Virus record (IMG/VR): IMGVR_UViG_3300047094_000158
Strand: one strand, 5' to 3'
DNA: 64,000 nt
Origin: an uncultured virus (IMG/VR IMGVR_UViG_3300047094_000158)
Lineage: Duplodnaviria; Heunggongvirae; Uroviricota; Caudoviricetes
Below the pieces are notes generated by a model. That model was not told the origin of the DNA and ran no database searches. It saw only the letters and a list, made by a program, of their open reading frames with translations. Positions 19,717 to 32,800 of the stretch are shown here, one piece after another (the stretch's first letter is position 1; each line of letters opens with the position of its first letter). A program made the position numbers and the translations under genes.

Positions 19717-20876
19717 TATGAATTATTTCCACTAGAAAGATCTACTGAAAATCTAAATTCAACATAGTTACTGGTATTGGGACTCTTAACTATAGTTGCT
19801 GCGCCTGAAGTTTGAATAACTGAGTATCCTGTTAATCCATAAAGTGGATTTACTGTAGCAACATTTTCTAGTTTTAAAGCATCTAGGGCTACATAATAGT
19901 TTCCCGATGGATTAACTCCATCAATAACACATGCGTATATTTTAACTACAGAAACATCATTCCAATCAAATCCAGATGTTCTATATAGTTGTTGAAGTTG
20001 TTTTGTTACAACAAAGTACCTTTCTGTAGCAAAATCATGTTGTCCACCACTACTGTCATCTGCAACTTCTGCTTCAAGTCTTGCAAATTGTGTTCCACTT
20101 GTATTTTCAAATGAAACTAAAACTCTTGCTCTTTCTGGTTGAGTGCCAGCCCCATATGTTCCATCTCTATTTATTATTGAAAATGCCAATCTTAGTTCAT
20201 CTGTTGGAGCATTTCTTGTAAAGTCAACCGTTGCTCCGCTTAATCTAATATAGTTTGATCCTGCTCCTATTTGAAAAGTATCTTGTGTTGGACCGCTATC
20301 TGATTCAATATCAAGATCAGCCTCATTGCCTTTTATCATAATTACATTATTTAAAAATCTTGGTCTTTCATATCTTGCAACTCTTGGTGATTTAAAAAAT
20401 ATTGGGTTATCTGCGTTTGTTTGAAATACTGGATTTGCTATAGCGATAATGTTGTCATAGTTTGGGGCATCTAACGCATTGGATTCTGTATTAATTGCTA
20501 CTGCAGATGCTGCTGTTACATATTGCCAGTTTTCTGTTTGTGTAAAAGCAAAAACTGTTTTACTATCATATGCTCCCGCAGATGGGTTAGAACCTGCAGA
20601 ATATATTCCAATTTCAGATATTTCATATCTTTCTTCTGTTGGTAGTTCTGCTGTCAAAACAATTTTATCTACACCGTCTTCGTTTACAAAGCCTCTAGAA
20701 GATATTGGAACACGAAACATTTCAAAATTTAAATTTGTTTTTGTTGAATAGTCGCCAATTTCATCGGCAGTATCTAGTGGGGTAGCACCACAACCAATAG
20801 CAATATACGAGGCATAGGCAGGGGCCTGACCAAGTAAATATTTTGCAATAATAGATTTACCAGTATTAGTTATCAT
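19716..20876 (-). CDS. Minor tail/baseplate protein
   Basis: MITNTGK...YIAIGCG...ISEIGIY resembles tail-fibre/baseplate N-terminal domains. Confidence 0.65.
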   Translation of the reverse strand: MITNTGKSIIAKYLLGQAPAYASYIAIGCGATPLDTADEIGDYSTKTNLNFEMFRVPISSRGFVNEDGVDKIVLTAELPTEERYEISEIGIYSAGSNPSAGAYDSKTVFAFTQTENWQYVTAASAVAINTESNALDAPNYDNIIAIANPVFQTNADNPIFFKSPRVARYERPRFLNNVIMIKGNEADLDIESDSGPTQDTFQIGAGSNYIRLSGATVDFTRNAPTDELRLAFSIINRDGTYGAGTQPERARVLVSFENTSGTQFARLEAEVADDSSGGQHDFATERYFVVTKQLQQLYRTSGFDWNDVSVVKIYACVIDGVNPSGNYYVALDALKLENVATVNPLYGLTGYSVIQTSGAATIVKSPNTSNYVEFRFSVDLSSGNNS

Positions 20877-21739
20877 GAGGCGTAGTCTCCAAGATCTGCT
20901 TCATATATTGTACCACTTACGCTAATCTGTGTTTCTATTTGTTCATCAGGATTTATATTAATAAATTCAATAATTAAGTCTCCTGTTGCGTTAAGGTACA
21001 CGTTTTCTCCATTAGTCCCGTTGCCAGTTTCTGGAATTTTGTCCTCTAATTTAATTGAAAATCCAGCAAAAAATTTATCTGAGGTTTGTTGAAGACTAAT
21101 AATATTGTTTGAATTATATATTTGTTGAATGGCTGAAAGGTTTTTAATTGGTTGATATGATATTTTTTGACCATTAACAATATCAGACCTTGTTATATTA
21201 ATTAATTCTTGTCCGCCAATATTTTCAAATATTTGATCAAACATTCCGTCTGTTGTAACAACTTCTTCATCAAATAAAATAATATCTAATGTTGCAGTTT
21301 TAACTGGTGGTGGAGGTGGAGAGACTGTTACTGACAAGTTTGGAGTTTGTGGTATTGCAACTATTGCACCTGTCATAAAAGTAGTTTGTCCTGTATTTGC
21401 AACTACAGTTTCTTGCTTAACTTTTCCTGGTTCAGATTCTTTTTTAACTGTTGCTGGCTCATACCCAGTTGCTGTACGAACAGTTCCCATCGGTATAGGT
21501 CCAATAAATAATTTATTTGATGATGTTGACTGAACAGCAGAAGATTTTGTAGGAACTGTTTGAGTTTTTGCGATTGGCGTTGGGGTAAAATTTAGACGAT
21601 CTTCTCTTATGTTTGCTTTATTAGCATCTCTCTTTGCTTCAACAGCAATTGCTTCGGCTTTTTTTGCTGCTTCTCTTTTTTCAAATTCTTTTCTTACGTT
21701 TGGCACTCCAGCAGAAGTAGGAGTAAATGGTTTTGCCAT
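20873..21739 (-). CDS. Minor tail protein with low-complexity N-terminal half
   Basis: Pro/Thr/Lys-rich N-half and globular C-half; position in tail block. Confidence 0.6.
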   Translation of the reverse strand: MAKPFTPTSAGVPNVRKEFEKREAAKKAEAIAVEAKRDANKANIREDRLNFTPTPIAKTQTVPTKSSAVQSTSSNKLFIGPIPMGTVRTATGYEPATVKKESEPGKVKQETVVANTGQTTFMTGAIVAIPQTPNLSVTVSPPPPPVKTATLDIILFDEEVVTTDGMFDQIFENIGGQELINITRSDIVNGQKISYQPIKNLSAIQQIYNSNNIISLQQTSDKFFAGFSIKLEDKIPETGNGTNGENVYLNATGDLIIEFININPDEQIETQISVSGTIYEADLGDYAS

Positions 21740-21740
21740 A

Positions 21741-24700
21741 TTACACCTCCGCTAAATAAATAGTCATATCTGGACCATTTATTTTTCTTGTATATTCAAT
21801 ATTATAAACTATAAATCTAGAGTTATCTGAAGTAACCAAATCTAAATTATTAGAATCTTTATAGTTAATTGTTAGTATATCTCCTAGTTGAATTGTTGGA
21901 GTTGCAAATATTTTTAAACCGATTAATTTTTTAGGAAACATAAGTTTATTTATTGTCCAGCCCATTAAATTTTCTGCATCATCCTGTGTTTGTATGTATG
22001 GGGTATCTAAAGTAAACTCGTTATTTCCGTAAATCATCCTGCTTCTTTTAATTTCATCAAACTTTTGTTTTTCAACTTGTGGAGAAACAATTTGAGAAGA
22101 TCCAGTTAATAATGGATTAGAAAAATTGCCACGTTTTTTAAAGTACTCGTCAACAGTTAATTCATGAGTGGTATCCTGTGTAAATGTTATACCCTGAATT
22201 CTTAAATAATTACCGCTTGTCTCATCAAGATTTAATGCTGTGTCTGTAGCGTTAAATATTAAAAACTCAGCACCATATGAGTCTGCATAAAAGCCAGATG
22301 AAACATATCCCTTAATGTTATTAAATGTTGGCGATAATTTGGCATAAAGCGCAGGGTATGCACGATCATATTTAATATCAAAATAGGCGCACTCTCTCAT
22401 TATTGAGCCAAATTCATCAAAATATAAATTATATTTAGGTGGTTGTTGAGAACTAATTCCAGATAAATAAGTTGCCTGAACAATACCACTCATTGCATAT
22501 TTTCTTAAAGACTCACTAGCGCTTATTTCGTTGTCGCCAAAGGCGGAAGATAGCGTTTCTCCAACTGTAAATACAGTATTTTGAGAATAGTTTTGAGATA
22601 GAGCGTATATGTTTTCAAACATTACTCTAGATGATCCACGGACAAACGGAGCCATATTATTATATATTGGAAGTGGATCTGGATCATCTACAACCTTAAT
22701 TAATTGATTATTAATGTATAAATAAAATCTTCTTATTTTTCCTATATCTTGGTACTCTACTGCTAAATCATATACCGTTGGATTTTCTTCGCCAGTCATT
22801 CTATATTGGCCAGTAAACCTTCCATCGTCAACTATAATTTTTGATAGACCTCCATAAAGTTTTACAGGAATTGCATCATTATTTGATGCATCTTTTTTAA
22901 TTTTATAAAATACAACGTTGTTGATAGAAATGTTTGATTTATTTTCTTTGTCTAATTTTAAGTATGACTCTATATTGTCTTCTGTTAGTGCAGCAATTTC
23001 AAAATAGTACCCATTGTTAGTGGTTGGATTAAGCAATACTGCAAGGCCACCTGAGCCACCACCAATACTTACGTTTTGGTCTGGTTGAACTCCAGCAACT
23101 TGATAATATGTTGTGCTTCCGTTTGGCGTTTGACTACGGCGTTCGTTATTTTCAATTTTTCCAATAATACGTATTCTTGTTCCAAAATGTTTGTAGGAAT
23201 TGTCTAATTCTTTATAAACATAAGAAACTAGATTAATTGGAGTTTCTGTTGTTTCAAAAGTTGGACCATTCATTACTAGCGCTGATGATTGAATTGTTCC
23301 AGTTTTAGGAGATGTAGTTGAATTAACTGAAGTTTCTGTTGTATAACTTGAAGACATAAAATTTTTAATTGTTCCATTTCTTAAAGTTTGTTGAGCCTTA
23401 GAATTATTAACTCCTGCTGCCCCAGTAGTAGTTGCTGGTAAAGAAATATCTTCAAGTAGGGTGGTTGTAAATAAATATTCAGTTTGCATTTCACAACCTC
23501 TAACATAAGAATTGTCTGACCAATAAGAATTTATTCCAGCCGTATGATCTGTTATAGTTGTTCCAAATTGAGCACGACCATGCTCATAAACTGCACCATT
23601 TTGTAAGCGAGTAATACCTTCAATTTCTTCATAAAATGGAACTGTATAAATCCTTATTAAGCCAGTCGGATATATTTTTCCATTAAACGGTAGTGATCTA
23701 AAAAAATTTTGATATTCTTGATTATTTGTAATCCACACATTGCTACTACCTTGCTTATGAGATGCCCTCCATGCCTGAATTTCTTCACCCTTTTGTGCTT
23801 CTGTAATTTCTCCATTTGCAACCTTCTTGTCTAATCCATCAATAACACCTGTTGGGGCTAGTCTTCCAGGTAAAACTATTTGTGGTTTAGAGTCATCTAG
23901 ATTTATACCGTCCGATAATATTGGATACCAAATTGCAAGAGTAACGTTAAATTGGGCAGCATCATATCTAATAACTTCTCCATTAGAATAAAAATATCCT
24001 TGGTATCTTGTAAGCCAATAAATATTTTCTCCAACATCAAAAACATTGTTTACTATTTTATGATTAACTACGCTTGGTGCAGATGCAGTAAGGTCCGAAC
24101 TTAATGGCATTGCACCCAAAACATATTTTCCTTGTTTAGACGCAACTTCATTAATTGTTTTAGTTGAGTCTGTTCCAGATACTTCCCATAAAAGTGCAGG
24201 TTTGTAGATCCAAGTTTTGTCTATATCAATCATACTTGCTTGGCGAATAGAACCATATGATCTTTGTATATACCTAGTAGTGTAATTAATTTTTCCATTA
24301 TTATAAACTTTTTTGTCTTGTGAGGCAATTGAAATAATGTTTGGAAGTGTTCCAGATGAAAAATTTTCAACAATACCACTAATAGATTGGTTGTTAGTTC
24401 CAGATAAAACCATGCTGGATGCTCTATCATTTAAATTTGGAAGCATGTAATTTTTGCTCATTACAATAAAATTATTGTATTCATCAAAAAACATTGCTGT
24501 TTGTGTAGAAACTGCAAGTTGGTTTAACACTTCTGCTACCGTTTGGTCTGGAGCAATAAAAAAATATGGAATGATTGGATCTGGCTCATTAACTGTTCTA
24601 TAAAATGCATAGTTGCTAAATCCAATGTAATCAAGGATTAAACTAATTGCATAACTAAGTGATACTTCTGTTACTAACATTCTTGGAGCAGGCATAGATT

Positions 24701-26249
24701 CTAAGAAAAAATAAAAATCTCTTAAAGATATTTCTAACGTACCCGCAGTGACATCTGCTTGTGGAAATCCATCGGAGTAAAGTGTTTTAATTGGGACCCA
24801 ATAGTCAAACCCACTTACATTTAATATTTTTTCATAAAAATTAAATTTAATATTTTTACGAACATAATCACTAACTATGCTATTAGTATTGTTTTCATTA
24901 AATGCTTGATCATCATCAAACAGAGACATGCTTCCAGTTGAGGCAAGTAACTGTCCTACTGGCAAAGCAGATGTTCCAAGATCGGAAAGAATTTTTTTAA
25001 CACTGTATTCAATTGTTTTATTAGATAAATCAACAATCAGTCTTGGTGACATTTCAATTAAATCAAAAGTAGAGTCAAATTTGTTCATTCTCTCTACAAC
25101 AATTCTTAGACCACGAAGATTTTGAAATTCTCTGTAAAAAGTTTTACCGTTTGTTGTTTCTTGAAAAGATAATGGATTTGTAAGATCTGTAACAAAAGTT
25201 GTTTTATTATTAATTTCTTCGTTTCCTAATACCCAGCCGTAAACTGGAGCAAATGTTTCATATTCTTCTGTAGTGCTATTCCAAACACTATATGTTCCAA
25301 CTTCATTTTCGTTTGCAATAACTAAATATGCGTATCCATTTATTGATTCTTTTGGCAACAAAGTAGATGATGAAATTGTATCAACATGAATAAAATTGTC
25401 TTCAAAAATACTTGGAATATTTTTTACTCCATACTGTAACTCAACATAGCCGTCAGAAGCAATAATAGGAGATCCATCATTGCGAGTATCATTTTCAGTA
25501 AATACGTAAGCATCTGTCCAATTATTTTCTTCAAGGTACTGAATTTTCCATCTTGTTGGTGTTGTCTTATTTTCATTACCAAAAAATGGATCTGCAAAAG
25601 TTTTAGATATATCGGTAAAATCTCCCAAGTCTATATCTCCAACATTAGTTTGCATTTTTACAATAATTCGGTTTGCTGGTACATTTTTTTTATAAACTAC
25701 AAACGGTACGGCATCATCTATATAGTAATTGCCATTAACAATTATTTTAGCAATACCTCTTTCAATACCACTTTCAGTTCTAAAAGATGTAAAATATTTA
25801 AATTGATCATAGCGTGATGCCATATAATATCTTGGCCTTCTTGCAAGGTCACTGCCAGAGTTTGATAAAAACTTTCCTTTAAAGGCAACTGCTTTGTTAA
25901 TACCAGATCTTGGCCTGAATGGTTTTACGCAATCTTCTAGTGAGTATAAAAGTTTATTTTTTTCTTTTATAGATGTAAAAATTTGTGGTGTTTCATTATT
26001 TTCAAATCCTCCGTCAATGATAACATCAGCGTCTGTTGCACCAGTATAAAATAACCCAGTGTCTGCGTTATCAAATGTGTTTGGTAATGTTAAAAATTTA
26101 GAACTTTGCTCTTGAGATCTATATCTATAATTGCCAAGTTTAAATATATTATCTGGCATATTCATGTTCCACTCAGCCAAAACTAGGGATTCTGTTTGTA
26201 TTGTTGCAGATGTTTCAAAATGGTTTTTTAGTTCGGTGCTTTCAAACAT
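21741..26249 (-). CDS. Large minor tail protein (hub/central tip)
   Basis: 1502 aa, second gene after tape measure; C-terminal PYIQTQDDA...PTIQLGDILTI hub-like motif. Confidence 0.7.
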   Translation of the reverse strand: MFESTELKNHFETSATIQTESLVLAEWNMNMPDNIFKLGNYRYRSQEQSSKFLTLPNTFDNADTGLFYTGATDADVIIDGGFENNETPQIFTSIKEKNKLLYSLEDCVKPFRPRSGINKAVAFKGKFLSNSGSDLARRPRYYMASRYDQFKYFTSFRTESGIERGIAKIIVNGNYYIDDAVPFVVYKKNVPANRIIVKMQTNVGDIDLGDFTDISKTFADPFFGNENKTTPTRWKIQYLEENNWTDAYVFTENDTRNDGSPIIASDGYVELQYGVKNIPSIFEDNFIHVDTISSSTLLPKESINGYAYLVIANENEVGTYSVWNSTTEEYETFAPVYGWVLGNEEINNKTTFVTDLTNPLSFQETTNGKTFYREFQNLRGLRIVVERMNKFDSTFDLIEMSPRLIVDLSNKTIEYSVKKILSDLGTSALPVGQLLASTGSMSLFDDDQAFNENNTNSIVSDYVRKNIKFNFYEKILNVSGFDYWVPIKTLYSDGFPQADVTAGTLEISLRDFYFFLESMPAPRMLVTEVSLSYAISLILDYIGFSNYAFYRTVNEPDPIIPYFFIAPDQTVAEVLNQLAVSTQTAMFFDEYNNFIVMSKNYMLPNLNDRASSMVLSGTNNQSISGIVENFSSGTLPNIISIASQDKKVYNNGKINYTTRYIQRSYGSIRQASMIDIDKTWIYKPALLWEVSGTDSTKTINEVASKQGKYVLGAMPLSSDLTASAPSVVNHKIVNNVFDVGENIYWLTRYQGYFYSNGEVIRYDAAQFNVTLAIWYPILSDGINLDDSKPQIVLPGRLAPTGVIDGLDKKVANGEITEAQKGEEIQAWRASHKQGSSNVWITNNQEYQNFFRSLPFNGKIYPTGLIRIYTVPFYEEIEGITRLQNGAVYEHGRAQFGTTITDHTAGINSYWSDNSYVRGCEMQTEYLFTTTLLEDISLPATTTGAAGVNNSKAQQTLRNGTIKNFMSSSYTTETSVNSTTSPKTGTIQSSALVMNGPTFETTETPINLVSYVYKELDNSYKHFGTRIRIIGKIENNERRSQTPNGSTTYYQVAGVQPDQNVSIGGGSGGLAVLLNPTTNNGYYFEIAALTEDNIESYLKLDKENKSNISINNVVFYKIKKDASNNDAIPVKLYGGLSKIIVDDGRFTGQYRMTGEENPTVYDLAVEYQDIGKIRRFYLYINNQLIKVVDDPDPLPIYNNMAPFVRGSSRVMFENIYALSQNYSQNTVFTVGETLSSAFGDNEISASESLRKYAMSGIVQATYLSGISSQQPPKYNLYFDEFGSIMRECAYFDIKYDRAYPALYAKLSPTFNNIKGYVSSGFYADSYGAEFLIFNATDTALNLDETSGNYLRIQGITFTQDTTHELTVDEYFKKRGNFSNPLLTGSSQIVSPQVEKQKFDEIKRSRMIYGNNEFTLDTPYIQTQDDAENLMGWTINKLMFPKKLIGLKIFATPTIQLGDILTINYKDSNNLDLVTSDNSRFIVYNIEYTRKINGPDMTIYLAEV

Positions 26250-26885
26250 TTAAACTTCTTCCAAGGTTACCGATATGTTCCAAAGGTCATGATTTGTCGC
26301 TCCACGCTTTATCACGGAATAATTAAAATCTGCAAAGTAAACTTGAATAATTTGGTTATATCTATTCAAACCAGTATATTGATAATTTTCCCCATCTAAA
26401 TTTGTATATTTATCATAAGCAAGGTACATAAAAAATGGACCTTGATGTGTCTCATACCAATCAAGAAGTTCTACTCCACCTGCACCGCCATCTGCTGTGT
26501 ACTCTGTTTTAGATCCTTCACTTGGAGATATGCCAGTTGATGTATTAAATGCTGGATCAGCACTATAGGCTCTTGATGGCAACATGTTCCAAGACACAGA
26601 CATGGTTAGTTTGTCTGCAATATGATATGAACGCATACGACCATTAATTGTTCTTTGGCGTTGCTCAATTCTTTGGGTATTAAATTGCATATCACCCCTA
26701 TTGTGATCAGATAAAATAATAAACTGGTCTAACAGGCTTGGATTTGTTTCTCCCGTAGATGCTCCTACCTCTATCCCATTGGGCACGTATAGGCCATTAG
26801 AGAGGGTTCCAGGGTTGTTTGCCCATAAGATACCCTGGGGTCTTGTATATCTACGTCTACCTGTTAGATAGGCACTAGTAGCCAT
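26250..26885 (-). CDS. Distal-tail (Dit)-like protein
   Basis: Directly follows tape measure; RTINGRMRSYHIADK...WNISVTLEEV. Confidence 0.6.
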   Translation of the reverse strand: MATSAYLTGRRRYTRPQGILWANNPGTLSNGLYVPNGIEVGASTGETNPSLLDQFIILSDHNRGDMQFNTQRIEQRQRTINGRMRSYHIADKLTMSVSWNMLPSRAYSADPAFNTSTGISPSEGSKTEYTADGGAGGVELLDWYETHQGPFFMYLAYDKYTNLDGENYQYTGLNRYNQIIQVYFADFNYSVIKRGATNHDLWNISVTLEEV

Positions 26886-29800
26886 TATATTCTTTGCCCC
26901 CGAATTCTTTGTGAATCAACATTTTTAATTTCTCTTATTACTGCCCTAGCAATATCATTTGGATTTGAGTTACTTCCGTTAATATTAAATCCCAGACTAT
27001 AATTATACACTGCTGTAGAATTATCATTCATTGATGTAGAAATACTATTAACTGGAACCTGGGCACTATTTCTATTGCCAATCATTGAAGGATATTTTGA
27101 CTCATTCAACATTGATAGCAATGGGCCAAACTGCTGGGTTGCTTTTTTGTTCATTACAAACTCGCCAGGGGTGAGCATTGCTGGCACGGTATCAGAGCCA
27201 ATTGATCCACCATTAGCCATATATTTAGGAACTAGTCCTCCCATAGCCATAGATAAAATTTTTCCACCATACATTTTCTTCTGTGCTCCAGTAAATGGAT
27301 CAATGTTTGGATTTGCTTTAAAATAAGCATCGGCTTGGGCCTGTAATCTAACAGATGATGCGGCCAAGCCTGATGCTGGACCTGATGCTATTCCCCTATC
27401 TGTAAATTCTTTTGTTAAATCTTTTTGCATTTTATCATAGTCTGCAGGACCTGCAGTTTTTGCTGTAGGGCTAGGCACTGCTCCTGAAAGCGATGATGCA
27501 GCCTTCATTGAAGCAAGAATACTTGTCCACGCACCTGCTGCTGTGGTGGAAGAAGTGGCAACCTTGTCTATATCAATTACTATTTGATTCAGATGTTTAT
27601 TTGTTGCATCTGTATATCTTTGTATAAAGTCCCACTCAGCCCTTGTCATTCCATTAATTGTTAATGATTGTTGTTCTTTTGAAATTTGAAAATCAAGATC
27701 AGAAAGCAATTTCTTTTTTGCATCTGCTTGTTTTTGTAAAGGTTCAAGTTGTTTTAATTCAATATTATAAATTTCATCGTTTAAAGTAATAATTTTCGCA
27801 TCAATTTGTTTTCTAGTTAACTTTTCACCATTAACAACAGCGGTGACTAAAGACAAATCTTTTTGTTTTTCTAGTTCTAAGTTGCTTGTTGCTTTTTCTA
27901 ATCCTCCACCCATTCTATTAAGGGCTTCCTCTGCTGAACTTGCTCGCATTTCTTGTGCAATTGAAGCGGCTGCTGAAATATCTCCTTGAGTTAATGCGTT
28001 AGCAAGGCCAAGTTGTTTTTGTTGTTGTGAAATCAAAAATGAATTTATTGATTTTATTGATTCAAGAGCGTCTTTTTGTTTATTTAAAGATTCAATTTTT
28101 TTATCATAAGTTTCTGTAATAATACTTTCTTGTTTACCGATTGAGTCAAGAGTGCGACTATAAGATTTAATTTTTAAGTTAATTCCATTAATCTCATCTT
28201 CAATTTTATTAATTGCTTGTTCGTCAATCATAATGCTTAATTCTATTGCTTCTGAAGACATACCATTTATCTTTTTAAATGAATCTTTTGCCTTTTTTTG
28301 AATTTCAATAAATTGATAATCAAAATTTTCACTTAATGCTTCTGCTCCACCTTCTGATAATTCATCTGCTTCAAATTGAGTAGCCTTTAATGCTTTTTCA
28401 AATTCTTTTGTTGCAGCAGTAGCCTTTTTAGTTCTATCAATCATTTTTTCTAGATCTTTGCCATCCAGGTCTTTACTTACGATCGCTGCTGCTTGTGCTG
28501 CATCAGCAGTTAATTCTAGTGCAGTAGCGGCATCAACGCCTCTTGCTCTCAGCATTGATAGTGCTTTATTTTGAGTTGTTTGTTCTCTTGTAATCTGGTC
28601 CTGTTGTCTTAAATATATACCCGCCTGAACTGTTGGGAATAGTCGGTTTAATGATTTACCATAATCGTTTAGCACTAACTTGCCATTCTTTGCCTTACTT
28701 GTAATCTTATCAAAGAATTTTCCTGCTTCTTCTGCACCAAGTCCTTCGGCAAACTGAACTAAACTTTCGTTAGCACCCATACCTTGTAATTGATTTGTAG
28801 TTCCCTTAAATGCATTTATAGATTTTCCGCTACCCAGTTGTTTGACAAGTTCTTTCCAACCACCCAAAGCATTTACAGACTCTTTTCTAAATAATTTTAA
28901 TTTTAATAATAAGTCGTCAAGCACTGTATCTCGTTTGCCAGGACCCTTATCTTCAACAACTCCTCCACCTGGTATTGCTCCTGGTAATATTCCACCCTTT
29001 GCTATAATTTCTGCTGCACTTTTGCCAGCAGCACCTTCAAAACCTTTAAAGTTTGGATCGTTAGATACAACATCAAAAGCAACCTTTAGGTTTTTATTTA
29101 CAAAATCTTTTCCTTCAGACAAAATTGTCCATTGATCATAAAAAGCCTTCCACTCTCCTGGTTTTTCTTCAGCAAGTTTTGCAACTACATCTTTAGTTAA
29201 TGTGGGATCTAGCCCTTCAATTTGTTTTAATGCATTTGTAGCCGTTGCCAATTGCTGTATTCCATTGGCTTTAAGATCAAGAGTAATTCCATATGTAGGA
29301 TTTATTTGATTTAAGAAACTTAATGCTTGCATATCTTTATCAAAATCTTCACTGTTGTTATTAATATATCCAAGCATAAGCGCTCTTGTTGTATCTGTTG
29401 CACCCTCAGATGGTAACAATTCTGCAATTAATGCAGCATCTGCAAGACCTTGCTTGTCAACTAAAAGACTAAATGCTGTTTCAAATCCTTTATTTCCTGC
29501 TGCAGTTGAAAGAATTTTTGTAATTACTGCTGGTCCTACCTGCCCAGATGCAAGACCTACCTGCAACTCTGTTTTAAATTCTGAATCTTTTAAATTATTT
29601 AATGCGTCTAATGCTTGATCTTTAAAGACTGCCATTGGACCTTCTTTATACATCGCATCTGCTGCTGCCTTAATTCCTTTAGTAAACGCTTCTCCTCCTA
29701 GTTGATCTCTTTGTTTTACTAATAAATTTAATGCATTTGCATTACTTGCATTTAATGTAGCAAGACCTGCTTTTCTTTGATCTTCAATTGTTTTTATTTC

Positions 29801-32800
29801 TTGTTCTGTTTTTGCAGACTTTAACTTTAAATCATATTGTTTATTTAATGAATCTACAAGTCCTTGATTTTGTGCTACCTCTTGTATTCCAAGTTCAACT
29901 GCTGCTGCAGCAAGTTTAACATTTACTGATTTTCTTTTATTAGCGTCTGCCTCTCCTCCAAGCATCAATCCCGCTCCAGTAGCGGCAAGGGCTGCACCTG
30001 GAACTGCAGCAGCGCCTGCGGTGAGAACGGCAGCGGCTGCTCCTGCTGCTATTAATCCAAAGCCAGCAACTCTTGCCAATACATTTGGACCAGTTGATTC
30101 ACTAATAGCCCCATCTACTGCTGTTCTAAAAGAGTCAGCCTGTCTTTGCATAGAATCTTTTTGTATTTGCAATGTTACCTGTAATGGATCTGTTGCAAGG
30201 TTTTCGCCATTTGGACCAAGCAGACTTACAAGTTTTCCACTTACTAGTGCTGGAATTTCATAACTTCCAAGTTTTTCTCCAAGTGCTGCAGAAATGCTTC
30301 TTGCTTGACTTGTTGTTACCGCTCCTTGTGCAACTGCAACTGCTAAATTATTAGCAAGGTTTTGAGATATTTCTTTAATTGATTTACCACTTTTAGATTG
30401 TTTTTCTATATCTGCAAGAATTCCTTTTCCAAACTCACTCTCTAATGTATTTTGTCCAAACTGTCTTTGTCCTTCAACTGTTCCAGAAACTATGTTTTTT
30501 CTTCTTCTTGCAGCCTCTTCACTTGCACTTACAGTTCCAGCAATAACAGATAAAGCAGTTAATTTTTCTGAAGTCATACTCATTGATTTAGCAAGATTAA
30601 TTCCTTCTAGCCTTGCTTTTTCTAAATCTTTACCCATTTTATATATTACTCCACCAACCAAAGCAAATCCAGCAACAACTGCTACCAAAGGATTAGCGAG
30701 TAGTGGAAGAATCATAGCAATACCCTGTAATCCAAAAACAAATGGCATTATAGTTTGAGCCATTTCTCCTAACTTGCCTCCAGCAAAAGATGCTGCAATT
30801 GTAAGTCCAGAGATAGCGCCAAGGCCCATAGTTGCTTTTGAACTAAAAGCAGTCAGACTTTGTTTTGCTGTTTTTGTTTGCTTTGTAAGATCATCTGTAG
30901 CCTGGGTTGATTGTTTTATTGATTCATTTTGTTTTTTTATTTCTTGTTGCTGTTTAGCAATTAAACCTCTAGGACCCATTGCCAATTTAGATGTAGCCTC
31001 AGATAAAGGAACTCCTTTGCTGTCAACCTTTTGAGCATCAGCAAAGCCACGTATTCTTCTAATTCTTTGAACTACAGTTTCTTTTGGACCAAGAGTTGTT
31101 GTTCTATTATCTGCAATATTTCTGCTTGTTGTTCCAACCGATGCTGGCTTTCTTTCAGTGTTTTGTCCAGTAAGTGCGGTTAATTTTCCACTGGAATCAC
31201 GCTTAAACTCTCCTCTTGCTCTAACGGCAACAGTTTCTTTTTGAGGTTGTTTACTAATTAATCTATCAAAGGTATCATTCATTGATTTAGTAATTTTAAG
31301 AACCTGTCGTCCACCACCTAGAAATTCTCTTTGTGATCTAAACTTTCCATCAACTAATCCATTCATTACATTATTCCCTGTAACTTTTCCACCTGTTATT
31401 TCAGGTCTTCTATAAGCAACAATTTCACCTGCACTATTTAGGCTAGTTGGAATTTGAAGATTTGGATTAAGTTTTTTTAACTCATTTAATTTTTTAACCA
31501 ATACTGGATTTGAACGAGTTTTTTGTACTGCCTTAATTACATCATCAATTGGCTTTAATTTATTTGTTGCAATTTTTGATCCGCCAACCGCACTTGTAGA
31601 TGCTGCTCCAAGCAATGATCTTGCTGCTTTAGATATAATTGGATCTCCTGATTTTGCAAGCGCACCCATAATTCCAGTTCTTTCATTACCCATTCTAGAG
31701 TAAATCATTTTGTCATTAATTAAAGTACCAGATGGCAAACCACTTAAAGATTTTAATAAATTTCCTCTAATTTGTTGTGCAACTTTATATGCTTCTCTAT
31801 CTGGAATTCCTCTTTTAGCCAGACTTAAAGTCATTGTTCTTAAAGAGTTGTTATTAAGAAGGGCTTTTCTATAATCATCAATGTTTACTCTTGAATTAGT
31901 TCTGTTTAATTGTGCATTCATTTCTTTAGGAATATCAAAGCCAACGGACGTATAAAGATTTTCTCTTCCAAAGCCAAGTTGTCTAAATTTATCTGATACG
32001 TTTGCTCCAGAAACTTGTCTATAATCTACAGCATGTCCAAATGCCAAGCCTGGCTTTACTCCAGTTGTTCCACCATTATATTGTGCAATTTTTCCACTTA
32101 CAAGTGCTGCAACTAATGGTTTAAATCTATCGTCTTGTGCTATTGGCTCTGGAACTACTGCTTCTCCAGGAGTTAATAATGCTGGTACAGAATCTTTTCC
32201 TGATTCCCCGCCAACTACACCTGTAGTTCCAGAAGAAAACTTTTGCGTTCCTCCGCCTTTTATTCCTCTAAATCCTGGTAACATCATTCCTGGATTTGTT
32301 GCTGCAAACCTTGCTGCTGCTGCAGTTGCATCAATATATGCCTGACGAAGTAATTTCAGTGAACCTGCTTCCATTACAAACTGTTGTGTAAGTTGTGTAT
32401 GTCTTTGATTTAGTGATGCTGCTATTGTTGCAGCCTCTAATTGTTCTACTGATAAATAATTTGTTTGTTCTGCAAGGATTTTTGAATTACCGCCAAGCCT
32501 TAAAAATCCACTACGCATTACTGCAAATAATTTAATACCATTTGCAACAGCGTTTAATAATAAACCAAAAGTCATTAATAATACTGGGCCAATAACTCCA
32601 ACCAGTGTAGTTGCTACTACTATAAACTTCTTTGTGCCATCTCCAAGATTATTAAATTTATCTAATAAGCCAGCAATTGATTGAGCAATTGGAGTTACTG
32701 CTTCTAAAAATGTTTTACCAATTGGCGCAAGAGTTAACTTAAGATCTTCAATTGCTTTTTTAAATTTAGTTCCAACAGCATTCTCTAAAACTCCAAGTTC

